Of a DNA stretch of 64,000 nucleotides, positions 39,968 to 52,499 are shown piece after piece. Source of the DNA: Octopus vulgaris (taxonomy: Eukaryota). The notes below the pieces were generated by a model. It saw nothing but the letters and a program-made list of their open reading frames with translations, made no database searches and had not been told where the DNA came from. The DNA is taken from positions 61,628,001 to 61,692,000 of the forward strand of contig OX597820.1 in assembly GCA_951406725.2 (NCBI GenBank), written 5' to 3'. The translations under genes were made by a program, and so were the position numbers. Position 1 is the stretch's first letter; the number at the start of each line of letters is the position of its first letter.

Positions 39968-40847
39968 TCCAACTCCTAAATATTAACTTACACAAACACA
40001 AATACACGCACGTATAAATGAACACTAACCTTATTTCGTATTAAGTCTATCTCTTTCCCCTTGAAAATAACCCCCAGAACACATTGTCTATATATATCGA
40101 TGGTAAAACATTTCAACAAAATAATGTGTGTATGTGTGTATGTGTGTGTGTGTATGTGTATGTGTGTGCGTATTTCTGTATGTATGTTCGTATGTGTTTT
40201 ATAGGTATTCAAATGCGCCACCACTTGGATACTTATAAGTGATTTTTCTTTGTTGCAAGCATTTGGACAAAGGTCCCCAATTTGAGGATAATTTTATCTC
40301 TCTGTTCCTCCCCCTCCTACCATCTTCGAAGGCCTCGTGAAAGGTCATGGATGCTGCACTTATACATGATTGAGTGAAACATAGTCCGAAGGTCAGCAAC
40401 AATGAACTTCTTTTAAGGTACCCAACGACAGAGTTGAAGAAATTGCTGTTTTGCATTTCAAGTCGATCCTGATCACGTATATATATATGATCATGTTTAT
40501 ATATATAGTGTATATATATAATGTATAGTTTCCCACCCGCGAGGGATCGACGCAGGATGTGTCGAAACGATCGTTGTGAGCAATAAAGTTTCCCGTGTAA
40601 TCCATTTTCCGTCTTCGTCGTTTGTTTTATACTCAACATGCACTGAGGACTTCCTGAGGTAGATCCAGCGTCAGCCATAAACGGTGAACGTGCTTTATCG
40701 GCGTTTGTACATCTGTTGTTTCAGATGTACCAATCGTCTGCATATCTGCTGACATTCTGCACTCTCCAACATGCAGTGGTGAAAAATGTGATTGTGGACA
40801 TATATTTTTTTCCACAGTCTAGTGTATTTCCGTAGATTCTAGTGATA

Positions 40848-41262
40848 GGCGCAGGAGTGGCTGTGTGGTAAGTAGCTTGCTATCCAACCACATGGTTCGG
40901 GTTCAGTCCCACTGCGTGGCATCTTGGGCAAGTGTCTTCTACTATAGCCTCGGGCCGACCAAAGCCTTGTGAGTGGATTTGGTAGACGGAAACTGAAAGA
41001 AGCCCGTCGTATATATGTATATATATATATGTATGTATGTGTGTTTGTGTGTCTGTGTTTGTCCCCCTAGCATTGCTTGACAACCGATGCTGGTGTGTTT
41101 ACGTCCCCGTCACTTAGCGGTTTGGCAAAAGAGACCGATGGAATAAGTACTGGGCTTACAAAAAAGAATAAGTTCCGGGGTCGATTTGCTCGACTAAAGG
41201 CGGTGCTCCAGCATGGCCGCAGTCAAATGACTGAAACAAGTAAAAAGAAGAAAAAGAAAAGA
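40848..41262 (+). mobile_element. SINE family A, full length
   Basis: GGCGCAGGAGTGGCTGTGTGGTAAG..GGGTTCAGTCCC..TTGGGCAAGTG..GACTGAAACAAGTAAAAAG. Confidence 0.93.
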
Positions 41263-41761
41263 ATAGCCTCAACACAAGCAGGCAAAGTGGACACGGTCGG
41301 AGCGCGATAATTGCTGCTCCTTTCTACTTACCACTGGTAGTATACATCCTTGCATAATGCTTTGAGTTAATGAAGCTATTGATGGTACAGCTGTTTCTGC
41401 GTGTATGTATATTTTATTTATTTATTCGGGCATTTATCTTTTCGTTTATTTACCTATTCAGATACTATTTTTGAGTATGCTTGTGTACAGATATATATCT
41501 GCATGCTATTGTGTCGTATCACCAATCTTTTAATTTCCCTATTTGTATTTCTTACTTTGTCAAATGACATTGCCGTTTTAGCTCCTTTTCTGATTGTAAT
41601 AATGATTTTTTTTCCTAGTGGGATTTTATTTGTTCGTATAATCTGTCTTGAAGTGATGGCGATTGAGAATGTAATATCGTAGTCTGAATTCATATTGTGG
41701 TTAGATTTATGTATATTATTTATTGTGTATATTTCTTTGAATTAATGAATATTACATATAT

Positions 41762-41762
<1 letters not shown>

Positions 41763-41802
<40 letters not shown>

Positions 41803-41941
41803 TACATACATGCATACATACATACATACATACATACATGCATACATACAAACATACTTACATACATATGCATACATACTTACATACATACATATATACA
41901 AACATACATACTTACACAAACACACACACACAAACATACAT

Positions 41942-41994
<53 letters not shown>

Positions 41995-42165
41995 TACATA
42001 CATACATACATACATACATACATACATACATACATACATACATACATACATACATACATACATACATACATACATACATACATACATACATACATACATA
42101 CATACATACATACATACATACATACATACATACATACATACATACATACATACATACATACATAC
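41763..42165. repeat. (CA)n/(CATA)n compound microsatellite
   Basis: Directly visible. Confidence 0.97.
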
Positions 42166-42563
42166 GGAAATTTATATATAATATGCCATAAAATTTCTCC
42201 GGCAGAAACACAGATATATGGACTATGACAAGTAGAATGAAATGAAAAGATTAAGATTAACTTCGAAATGAAATCTGTGGATAAATCTCTCAATCTAGCT
42301 TTAAGACATTTATATATATATCTTTTGTAAGATTCCATACCTCAGTCTATTATAAAGAAAAAAAAATTAAATCTATGGAATTAAAATATGTATTAATGAC
42401 AATAATTATAATAGCTTTTCTATTGGCCACAGGGGACCATCACATAAAATATAAACCTTTTTAATGTAGTGGTAATGGTGGATACAAAAACGTTACAAAA
42501 TATGTGGAGGAATTACGTATACAAGGAGCGGTGGAGAGGCAGAAGGTAATTCAACACAGAAAC

Positions 42564-42706
42564 TAATTAAAAACTAATCCGCAATGTATCCATACAAAGG
42601 CACCACAAAAGGGTAGCAAATTTTGGGGGTTAAAGGCTTCCCTTGTCACCGTCTTCCTTACTCACTGTGGAATTGCCATTTTCTGGTTATAAGCTTCTAA
42701 TAAAAT
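42564..42706. repeat. 143-bp local duplication, copy 1 (of 46239-46381)
   Basis: 5 mismatches in 143 bp by eye. Confidence 0.95.
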
Positions 42707-42707
42707 A

Positions 42708-42805
42708 AGGCGGCGAGCTGGCAGAAACGTTAGTACGCCGGGCGAAATGCTTAGCGGTATTTCGTCTGCCGTTACGTTCTGAGTTCAAATTCCGCCGAGG
42801 TCGAC
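42708..42805 (+). mobile_element. SINE family B, 3'-truncated
   Basis: Consensus head ending abruptly at GAGGTCGAC. Confidence 0.9.
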
Positions 42806-42809
42806 GACA

Positions 42810-44830
42810 TAACAGCAATCATGCCCCATCGTAGACGACAATGAGCTCACCAACACTTTGAGAACTACAAGTCACTGGGGAACCTCCCGTGATTGTAAAA
42901 GTCCCCAATTTCTGGTCGAAGTCCTGAATAATAGCCATGAATCTGTAATAGCAGAAAGCAATGTATACTAGAGTTAACACATGAAAGGTTCCTGGTCTGT
43001 GGGACATTAAATCAACAAAAAAATGCTGGCCAACAACATACGGATCATCTTTACTCCAAAGGAGTATTGATATAAGAGCTTTGTATGGCTTCTCACCTGG
43101 AGAACAAAAGCATTTTACTGGACAAACAGAAATAAGTACTTGGAAGGGACGTATGGCTTGAAGAGCGGTTCTAGATGAGCTATTACGACCACAAATATTG
43201 CGGAAAATAAGTCTTAGTATGGTATTTCATATTAAACCATATTATTGAATTCTGGATACAGGTCATATAAATAAGTAGTTAATACGGTACACCAGCCATG
43301 CAATATAAAAACGGAAAACACCTGTTACTTCATTGCAAAGAGATGATTAAATGCAGCTCTACATCCATGAAAAGAAGTATATTTCAAGAAGACTCGTCAC
43401 CCTTTCTAGTCTTCAGAGTTGTCGTAATTCTATTTTAAATGATGTAGAATTAAACCACTAATGGTTACATATGCCACGGATAAATTAGAAACCATCACTT
43501 CTACATGGATGATTTCAAAACTATTTACAATACTCAGCTGGAAAACCTACTTGAAAATATTAATGGATTCAGTCAAGATATTAAAATCAGTGTGACAAGA
43601 TAAATGTGCCAAAAGCTACAATAAAAAGAGTGAAATTAATTAGAACTGACATTATAATAATTCAGATACTGAAATTAGAGAATTAAGCCAGAATAAATAT
43701 TCAAGCATAGATGAAAGTGATAAGACACAGCACTCAGAAATAAAGAAAATATTTTTGAAAAAAGAGTCTAACAGAAGAATTTAACTTATAGTAAAAAATT
43801 GAACTCGATGCTAGAAATATGACAGTAGTAATCTCAGTTATAAGCTAAAGCTTCAACATAATAACCAGGAAGTTAAGATTTCGCTTAAGACAGAAGTTTC
43901 TTCACTACACTTTAACAACATTTAAAGACCACCGCTCCAAAGCTGATACAGGTAGAGTACACTTACTCCGTACATAGAAAGTTCAGAGCCTAGTCCTACA
44001 TTTAGAGAATTTCTGTAAAGTAACGAGAGTGGAACAAGAAAAATATTTGGAAGCCGGTTGGTTTGTTTAACAAAGAAACATGAATAAACAAGAACTTTCC
44101 TCTTTAAACGAAGGAACAGTGAAAGAATGAAGGAACTGGAAACTAGAAGCTAATTAAATTTGGATAAGGATAAAAGAACAGAAAAGGCTAAAAACAAATG
44201 ACAAAATAAAAACAGAATTCTAAGATATACAAAAGAGGAAAAAGGAAAGAAAGTCTTTCCATGCCTAATATTCTGCAAGAAGCAACGGAAGGGAAATAAG
44301 CCGGATTGAAAGCTAACACTGTCTCAAAATTTCTGAACTAAATCTAAAAATGTGGGTTATAATTTTAGCTGAACATAATCAATGAATAACTTCAAATAAT
44401 TTTAAGAAAATTATAACATAACAAGATCTAATATCAATTACAGGTGCCCTCTAATCATTACAATAAGACAATTGACAATATCATTTCTGGCTGCAGAGTC
44501 CTTGACAAGTCCGAATATATGATCCAATTAAAAGGCATATCCACTGGGTAATATACCGACGTTTCAATTTGGAAACGTATACGAAGTGACACGAACAACA
44601 TGTACCAAACACAGAACATGATAACGTTCTGGGATATGCCAGTCCACACTGGTGAATAGAATAGGGCAAAATCAAGGATAGGAACAAAAATCTCTTTACG
44701 ACATCTGATCAAAACTTCGCTTCAATTGAGATCGAGAAACTATCAAAGTATAAGGATTTTGAAGTTGAAGTCAGCAGGATGTGAAACATGAAAGCGATAT
44801 AAGTGCCAATAATAATTGGTGCACAAAGTA
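42810..44830 (+). mobile_element. Heavily degenerate R4/Dong retrotransposon (RT plus RLE)
   Basis: Remnants FYMDDFK (~43500), ISGCRVLDKSEY (~44483), FWDMPVHT (~44627), EKLSKYKDFEVEVSRM..VPIIIGA (~44734-44823), collinear with 61807-63230. Confidence 0.8.
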
Positions 44831-45106
44831 TAGTAAAAATAACACAAACAAAAGAAAACAAAACAAAAACAACATATTGGCCCCACCGGTCTACACCAAA
44901 CCAAGAAATAATTCTGGGATGTATAATGGGAACACTATGCAAACACTTTCAATCCAATAACATGACTCACACTACACTTTCTGCACAGTTCTCTCAACGC
45001 ATTTCACTATTAAACCATCGTCGTCTAATAAAATCACCAAACTCACAAAGCACGTGCTATACATAGTCACTACCCAACAAGATAATACATTTTTGCATAA
45101 TTAGTG

Positions 45107-45500
45107 CGGCGAGCTGGCAAAATCGTTAGCACGCCGGGCGAAATGCTAAGTAGTATTTCGTCTGCCGTTACGTTCTGAGTTCAAATTCCGCCGAGGTCGA
45201 CTTTGTCTTTCATCCTTTCGGGGGCCATAAAATTAAGTACCATTTACGCACTGAGGTCGATGCAATCGACTTAATCCGGTTGTCTGTCTTTGTTTGTCCC
45301 CTCTGTGTTTAGCCCCTTGTGGGTAGTAAAGAAATAAGTATTTCGTCTGTCTTTACGTTCTGAGTTCAAATTCCGCCGAGGTCGACTTTATCTTTCATCC
45401 TTTTGGGGTCGATAAATTAAGTACCAGTCGCGTACTGGAGTCTATCTAATCGACTGGCACACTCCTCCAAAATTTCGGGCCTTGTGCCCAGAGTAGAAAA
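45107..45500 (+). mobile_element. SINE family B dimer with TSD
   Basis: Head+tail1 / headless+tail2; flanked by ACATTTTT(G/A)CATAATT. Confidence 0.92.
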
Positions 45501-46238
45501 AAACCCCCAACATTTTTACATAATTGACAGACACCCGAATTTATAACACTACAAATAACTCACACAACCTATAATAAACCCGATTGTTTCTCAATAGTAT
45601 AACACAGAATATACAGTACATTATCTGCTGAACAACAAGCATCACGTACTAAACCACGTAACATAACGGATATAAAATATACTATACACAATAACCAGCC
45701 AAAAGAAAAAAAAAAAGATAACACAATTCACGTTGTATATACTTAACAGGTGAGCAAAAGCACTAAAATAACATCAGAAGCAATAAAACAAAACAGATGT
45801 ATCCCTCAACACAATACTATATTCTCTTAGGAACACGGAAGTACATCTGGTTGTTCACTAGACCCTCGCACAAGGAAAATGCCACAAGGAGTGGCATTTT
45901 TAAAACGATGAAGTGTAATTTCAAACAGACTGTTGCTATTTCTAGCAGCTCCAGCGATCAAACAGAGGTTCCCTTGTCGTTCTTGTTTCAGCCCGTTTAA
46001 TTGCTTATTCAAGTTTGATCGATCAAAGCCTAAATAAGCAATTAAATGGATCACCATTGGTTTTCGATGATAAGTGTGTTTCATGGGAGGCGTTTTACAG
46101 ATTGAACTAAGCCCACTACACGATCGAAATTATTTTATTGACACTGAAAAGCGTAGCAGAAGTATTATCTTCAGAAGTTGTGGTAAGACTATTAACAATA
46201 GTAGCAACATCAGCAGTAGTACTGATTTGTAAGACTCT

Positions 46239-46381
46239 TAATTAAAAACTAATCCGCAATGTAACCATACAAAGGCACCACAAAAGGGTAGCAAATTTTG
46301 GGGGTCAAAGGCTTCCCTTGTCACCATCTACCTTACTCACCGTGGAATTGCCATTTTCTGGTTATAAGCTTCTAATAAAAT
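46239..46381. repeat. 143-bp local duplication, copy 2; minus strand has AAAATGG and CG|GTGAGT
   Basis: Direct repeat of 42564-42706. Confidence 0.95.
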
Positions 46382-46579
46382 TCAAGAACTTGTCCCTTCC
46401 CAGGCGTACCAGTTTCGTCTCTCCTATACACCTTTAATCAACTTTGCTTTGATACAGGAAAAAGTTCATAAAATCTTTGTTGAGAAAGAAAGTGTTTGAC
46501 TCCTGTAATTTCAGTTGATTTTACCCCACAACCTCTTTCTTCATAGCTACAAGACGGAGAAAATTTACTTGCTCTTTCC

Positions 46580-46720
46580 GGTCAATGGATGGGGGATAGA
46601 ATTTTCTAAATTTATCTCAGATGAACGAGACGTAAAGTCGACTACAGCTGGATTTGAACTCAGAACTTAAAGGGATGTAATTAAATGCCACATGGCAGAT
46701 TTTTGTTCATCCACGGCTCA
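46580..46720 (-). mobile_element. SINE family B (very degenerate)
   Basis: AAAGTCGACTACAGCTGGATTTGAACTCAGAAC. Confidence 0.65.
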
Positions 46721-46819
46721 TAAGTGTTATAACAATACTCAAGGTTACAGAGAGAGAGGCAAAATGGCAACAAGCAACAAGTGGAACAATAACAGCAGTA
46801 ACTGTAACAACAGCAACTG

Positions 46820-46938
46820 CGTCGTCGCCGCCACCACCATCACCACCACCACCATCACTACCACCACCACCACCACCACCATCACTACCACCACCGCTAT
46901 CGTCGTCGTCGTCGTCGTCATCGTCGTCGTCGTCATCG

Positions 46939-46980
<42 letters not shown>

Positions 46981-47010
46981 ATAATAATGATAATGATAAT
47001 GATAATAATA

Positions 47011-47046
<36 letters not shown>

Positions 47047-47058
47047 TACTACAACAAC
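46820..47058. repeat. Compound trinucleotide microsatellite (CAC)n(CGT)n(CAT)n(AAT)n
   Basis: Directly visible. Confidence 0.95.
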
Positions 47059-47220
47059 TTAAATTGTTTGAAAACGAACTTTATGGATTTCTGAAGCCTT
47101 GAAGTTATAATTAATAACTCATTTGTAATATGACCGTCATTAAGATATTAAAAAAAAAAATGTTGCATGAGTGTGTATGTGTGCGCACGCTTGTGTGTAT
47201 GTGTTTGTATGTGTGTGTGT

Positions 47221-47292
<72 letters not shown>

Positions 47293-47623
47293 ATGTTTTC
47301 GGTGCGTGTATTAGTGTGGGTATACAAGAAAACAGACATGAAGATGAAAGCTCTCATCACCACTCAAAGAAATTGTCCAGCTTTCCAACCAAGAGACGTA
47401 TCCTTTACCATTCCTTCAGTAATTTATCAGTTCTCCATAAACTTCGAATTATTAAAGGGACGTAAAACTACCCGCAATATTTTATTGTATAACAGAGTGA
47501 ATATTTCAATACTTGAAGTGTATGATTGTAATTGTTGACACGCTCATGTATTTCCGATGCTAGGAACCTAACAAACCCAATGACCTTAGAGCCTGTTGAT
47601 ATACGTCTGTCTGTCTGTCTGTA

Positions 47624-47834
47624 TGGCGGCGAGCTGGTAGAAACGTTAGCACGCCGGGCGAAATGCTTAGCGGTATTTCGTCTGCGTTACGTTGTGAGTT
47701 CAAATTCCGCCGAGGTCGACTTTGCCTTTCATTAAGTACCAGTTACGTACTGGGGTCGATGTAATCGACTTAATACCTATGTCTGTCCTTGTTTGTCCCC
47801 TCTGTGTTTAACCCCTTGTGGGTAATAAAGAAAT
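47624..47834 (+). mobile_element. SINE family B monomer (tail 1) followed by (TATG)n
   Basis: Head, core with short deletion, tail ..GTGGGTAATAAAGAAATATGTATGTATG. Confidence 0.9.
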
Positions 47835-47852
47835 ATGTATGTATGTATGTGT

Positions 47853-48152
47853 GGAGGTGCAATGGTCCAGTGGTTAGGGCAGCGGACTCGCGGTCGGAGG
47901 ATCGCGGTTTCGATTCCCAGACCGTGTGTGTGTTTATTGAGCGAAAACACCTAAAAGCTTCACGAGGCTCCGGCAGGGGTTGGTGGCGACCCCTGTTGTA
48001 CTCTTTCGTCACAACTTTCTCTAACTCTCTCTTCCTGTTTCTTGAGTAACGCTGCGATGGACTGGCGTCCCGTCCAGCTGGGGGGAACACATACGCCACA
48101 GAAACCGGGAAACCGGGTCCATGAGCCTGGCTAGGCTTGAAAAGTGCGACAA
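47853..48152 (+). mobile_element. SINE family C (V-SINE-like)
   Basis: GGAGGTGCAATGGTCCAGTGGTTAGGGCAGCGG..GGTTTCGATTCC; GCTGCGATGGACTGGCGTCCCGTCCAG core; ATGTATGTATGTAT on both sides. Confidence 0.87.
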
Positions 48153-48383
48153 AAATGTATGTATGTATCTGGTAGATTCAAATGTAAATATGCTTGTCGT
48201 TGTTGTATACTTCACCGGAAAACAGCGTCTTCCTTTTACGACGATATTGTTTTTATAACACATTTGGTTAATTGGTGTAAGGGATTCTAGGTATTTCAGC
48301 ATGTTGTGTCTCGTTAGCGAGAGGTACTTGAAGCTTTGGGCTTAAGAAAGCCACTCGTTTTTGATTATAATTTCAGCGAATGA

Positions 48384-48439
48384 ACTCTTTACTGATGGCT
48401 GACGTGACTCAACATGTCGAAACACCGGTGTCCTAGAGT
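48384..48439 (+). ncRNA. Degenerate compact hammerhead motif
   Basis: ACTCT..CTGATGG-CT-GACGTG-ACTCAA-CATGTC-GAAAC-ACCGGT-GTC-CTAGAGT; palindromic stem III ACACCGGTGT; core altered. Confidence 0.5.
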
Positions 48440-48754
48440 CCGTCGCATCAATGTGCCTAATATGTTATGAACACCTCATCGTAAAAGTTGTTCGCTGCCT
48501 GTGACGTACATAGGAGCAACTAGCATATTTTCGTTCGAATGTGCCGGAACGTATTAAGAATAAATGAAAAATTGAACATAGTTGTCAAATAAAAGTTGGT
48601 GAAATTGGCCATTTACATAAAATCATTGACTGTGAATGAATACCCATCTATTTTAAAAACTTCGCTGGAACATGGGTTCTGATATTGATAAGTTACTATT
48701 TTACACTTCTGTACGGTGGTTGTTTGCAGGGAAAGTTTGCTGAGTTTTCGAATT

Positions 48755-49152
48755 CTTTTCTACTCTAGGCACAAGGCCCGAAATTTTGGGGGAGGGAAGG
48801 CCAGTCGATTAGATCGACCCCAGTATACAACTGGTATTTAATTTATCGACTCTGAAAGGATGAAAGGTAAAGTCGACCTCAGCGGAATTTGAACTCAGAA
48901 CGTAACGGCAGGCGAAATACCTATTTCTTTACTACCCACAAGGGGCTAAACACAGAGAGGACAAACAAGGACAGACAAAGGGATTAAGCCGATTACATCG
49001 ACCTCAGTACGTAACTGGTACTTATTTAATCGACCCTGAAAGGATGAAAGGCTAAGTCAACCTCGGCGGAATTTGAACTCAGAACGCAACGGCAGACGAA
49101 ATACGGCTACGCATTTCGCCCGGCATGCTAACGATTTTGCCAGCTCGCCGCC
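48755..49152 (-). mobile_element. SINE family B dimer with 14-bp TSD
   Basis: TGAGTTTTCGAATT at 48741-48754 and 49156-49169. Confidence 0.93.
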
Positions 49153-49467
49153 TATTGAGTTTTCGAATTGATTGAAAAATGAAAGCCATTTCTCCAGGGG
49201 TAAGGTAAAGACGACCACCTATATATATATAGATCAAATTTAAAACTTGCATAACTAGTTAGTATTTTGAATAAGCTAAATCTCCAGCTGTAAGAATAAG
49301 GTGCTTATTTATTTACTCCTCAAGGAATAATCAAATAGCATTTTGAAAAATTAAAACTATGGATCGTGATAGTTGGAGTGTAAAGTTTAGTTCAAGTTTA
49401 ATATCTTAATGCAGTACTTGGAGAGAAGGATGCTATTCAAATTGAAATTATAGACCATTTGAAGAAA

Positions 49468-49506
<39 letters not shown>

Positions 49507-49936
49507 TATGACAAATTCCAAGAGCTATTTCCCATACTCGGACATGACAAACCTTCTACTTCAGATGTGAATACCATTCCAGAGAACCTTTAAGAGGAAT
49601 TTATGGAAATTGAATATGATCTTGTAATCCACTATGAAAAAAAAAAAAAAAAAATTAAGGTGAGCATTTACGTGATTTACAAAACCTCTCAGAGCAGGCA
49701 TCAATATTTCTTAGGCCATTTGCTTCAACTTGTGTGTGTAAATGGGATTTTCATGCTTTATGCCAATATAATCTAAGAAATACAAAAATTCGCAGTACAA
49801 TTTCAAGTATTACTCGGAATATAAAAGCTTGTCATTGAAAGAATTTAAAGATCATCCTCGTTTATTATGCTTCATTATTATGAACATAATCATCAAAAGA
49901 AGAAAAACCTCACAGAACATGTCATGTAATGCCTCA

Positions 49937-50013
<77 letters not shown>

Positions 50014-50113
50014 GCCTGCCTGCTTGTCTGTCTATCTGTCTGTCTGCCTGCCTGCCTGTCTGTCTATCTGTCTGTCTGTCTCCTTCCTTGCCTGTTTTTC
50101 TGTCTATTCTCTC

Positions 50114-50152
<39 letters not shown>

Positions 50153-50246
50153 TGCCATCCATCCATCAATCCGTCCGTCCCTCTGTCTGTCTGTCTGTCT
50201 GCTTGCCTGTCTATCTGTCTGCCTGTCTGTCTGTCTTTCTGCCTGT

Positions 50247-50333
<87 letters not shown>

Positions 50334-50335
50334 GC
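49937..50335. repeat. (TATC)n/(TGTC)n/(TGCC)n compound microsatellite
   Basis: Directly visible. Confidence 0.95.
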
Positions 50336-50824
50336 TTGTATATCATTTAAAAAGAAATGATCCGTGACAGACGGTCGTACTTATCAGATTGATAAGCTGG
50401 AAGTAAGCAAAATAGTTCGACCGACTGTCTCGGATCATTTCTTCTAAAATAAAAAAATCATAAAAATCAAAAAGATCAAAAAAAAAAATCTTCTCTCGGC
50501 GTCTAACACTGTCTTTGTGTTCTTTATTTGAAAAGTGGTTTCTACTTATAGCTAAGCTATTCAAATACAATACCCACACAAACACACTCGCTATCACTAA
50601 CAGTCACATACACTGAAATTTATTCGTAAAAATACTTGAATCAATAAAATCCATAAAAATACACTTTTTATTTTGGATTGCATGCCAATGGTTTATTCAC
50701 AGAAATGAAATACACAACTTGATAGACTGAGATGGAGTCATTCACCAATATACACCAACCTCTGGCACATTAGCGCGCCACCCATTCTCTACATTCTTCT
50801 ATCGGTATCATAGTGATCCCTCCA

Positions 50825-51815
50825 AGGCGGCGAGCTGACAGAAACGTTAGCACGCCGGGTGAAATGCTGAGCGGTATTTCGTCTGCCGTTACGTCATGAG
50901 TTAAAATTCCGCCGAGGTCGACTTTGCCTTTCATCCTTTCGGGGTCGATTAAATAAGTACCAGTTACGCACTGGGGTCGATGTAATCGACTTAACACCTA
51001 TGTCTGTCCTTCTTTGTTCCCTCTATGTGTAGCCCCTTGTGGGTAATAAAGAAATATGTATTTCGTCTGCCGCTATGTTCTGAGTTCAAATTCCGCCGAG
51101 GTCGACTTTGTCTTTCATCCTTTCGGGGTCGATTAAATAAGTACCAGTTACGTACTGGGGTCGATATAATCGACTTAATCCGTTTATCTGTCCTTGTTTG
51201 TCCTCTCTGTGTTTAGCACCTTGTGGTAAGTAAAGAAATAGGTATTTCATCTGTCTTTACGTTCTGCGTTCAAATTCCGCCGAGGTCGACTTTGCCTTTC
51301 ATCCTTTCGGGGTCGATAAATTAAGTACCAGTTGCATATTGGGGTCAATATAATCGACTTAATCCGTTTGTCTGTCCTTGTTTGTCCCCTCTGTGTTTAG
51401 CCCCTTGTGGGTAGTAAAGAAATAGAAATAGGTATTTCGTCTGCCACTACGTTCTGAGTTCATATTCCGCCGAGGTCGACTTTGCCTGTCATCATTTCGG
51501 GATCGATTAAATAAGTACTAGTTACGCACTGGGGTCGATCTAATCGACTTAATCTGTTTGTCTGTCCTTGTTTGTCCCCTCTATGTTTAGCCCCTTGTGG
51601 GCAATAAAGAAATAAGAAACGTTAGCACGCTGGGCGAAATGCTTAGCAGTATTTCGTTTGTCTTTACGTTTTGAGTTCAAATTCCGCCGTGGTCGACTCT
51701 GCCTGTCATCCTTTCGGGGTCGATAAATTAAGTACAAGTTGCGTACTGGGGTCAATCTAATCGACTGTCCTTCCCACCCATAAAATTTCAGGCCTTGTGC
51801 CAAGAGTAGAAAAGA
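50825..51815 (+). mobile_element. SINE family B pentamer
   Basis: Four tail-1 units then one tail-2 unit; three junctions AAAGAAATA..|GTATTTC(G/A)TCTG and one AAGAAATA|AGAAACGTTAGC. Confidence 0.93.
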
Positions 51816-52214
51816 TTATAGTGGCCTCTCCTTGTAGATCTCTGATCTCATGCTAGCTACGCCCATATGCTCTCGACTTGTCCGTTTTTTACTTTCGGCA
51901 CCCGTGTTGTATTAACACCACCTCTCCGCAGTAACAGAGATGTAGGGCTTGTTTCTCACAACGTCGATCCTATGGAATCCCGTCCCTGATTACATCTTCT
52001 ATGGGTTGTTGCCGAGAGGTTTGAGAGGTTAGATGACCAGACAACCAGGTATTTTTTCCTGCAACCATCGGGTTTCAAATGTTTAAGGGGAAACATCAAT
52101 CTCCCTAGTCGCAGAGGTCTTGCAAAGGTTACGGGCACAATCACTTTCAATACAATAACCCTGCCCCACTAAAACGTATATATGCCATTCCATACAGACG
52201 CACACAATAGTAAA

Positions 52215-52380
52215 CAGGCGTGGCTGTGTGATAAGAAGCTTGCTTCCCAACCACACGGTTCCGGGTTCAGTCCCACTGCGTAGCACCCTGGGCAAGTGTC
52301 TTCTACTATAGCCTCGAGCCGACCAAAGCCTTGTGAGTGAATTTGGTAGACGGAAACTGAAAGGAGTCCGTCGTATATAT
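52215..52380 (+). mobile_element. SINE family A 5' half
   Basis: CAGGCGTGGCTGTGTGATAAG..GGAAACTGAAAGGAGTCCGTCG then (TA)n. Confidence 0.88.
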
Positions 52381-52387
52381 GTATATA

Positions 52388-52496
<109 letters not shown>

Positions 52497-52499
52497 GTT

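Noticed and set aside
41380-41400. Further hammerhead (GAAACAGCTGTA on minus strand)
   Set aside because: Only the 3' half is visible; no CTGANGA partner found nearby.
42564-46381. LTR retrotransposon bounded by 143-bp LTRs
   Set aside because: No TG..CA ends, PBS/PPT or gag/pol; the interior is SINEs and a decayed non-LTR element.
47853-47925. Functional tRNA gene (also the SINE A and B heads)
   Set aside because: A/B boxes present but continue into SINE body and tail; cloverleaf incomplete.
50825-51815. CRISPR-like repeat array
   Set aside because: Units are ~185-bp SINE copies with no unique spacers, in eukaryotic repeat context.
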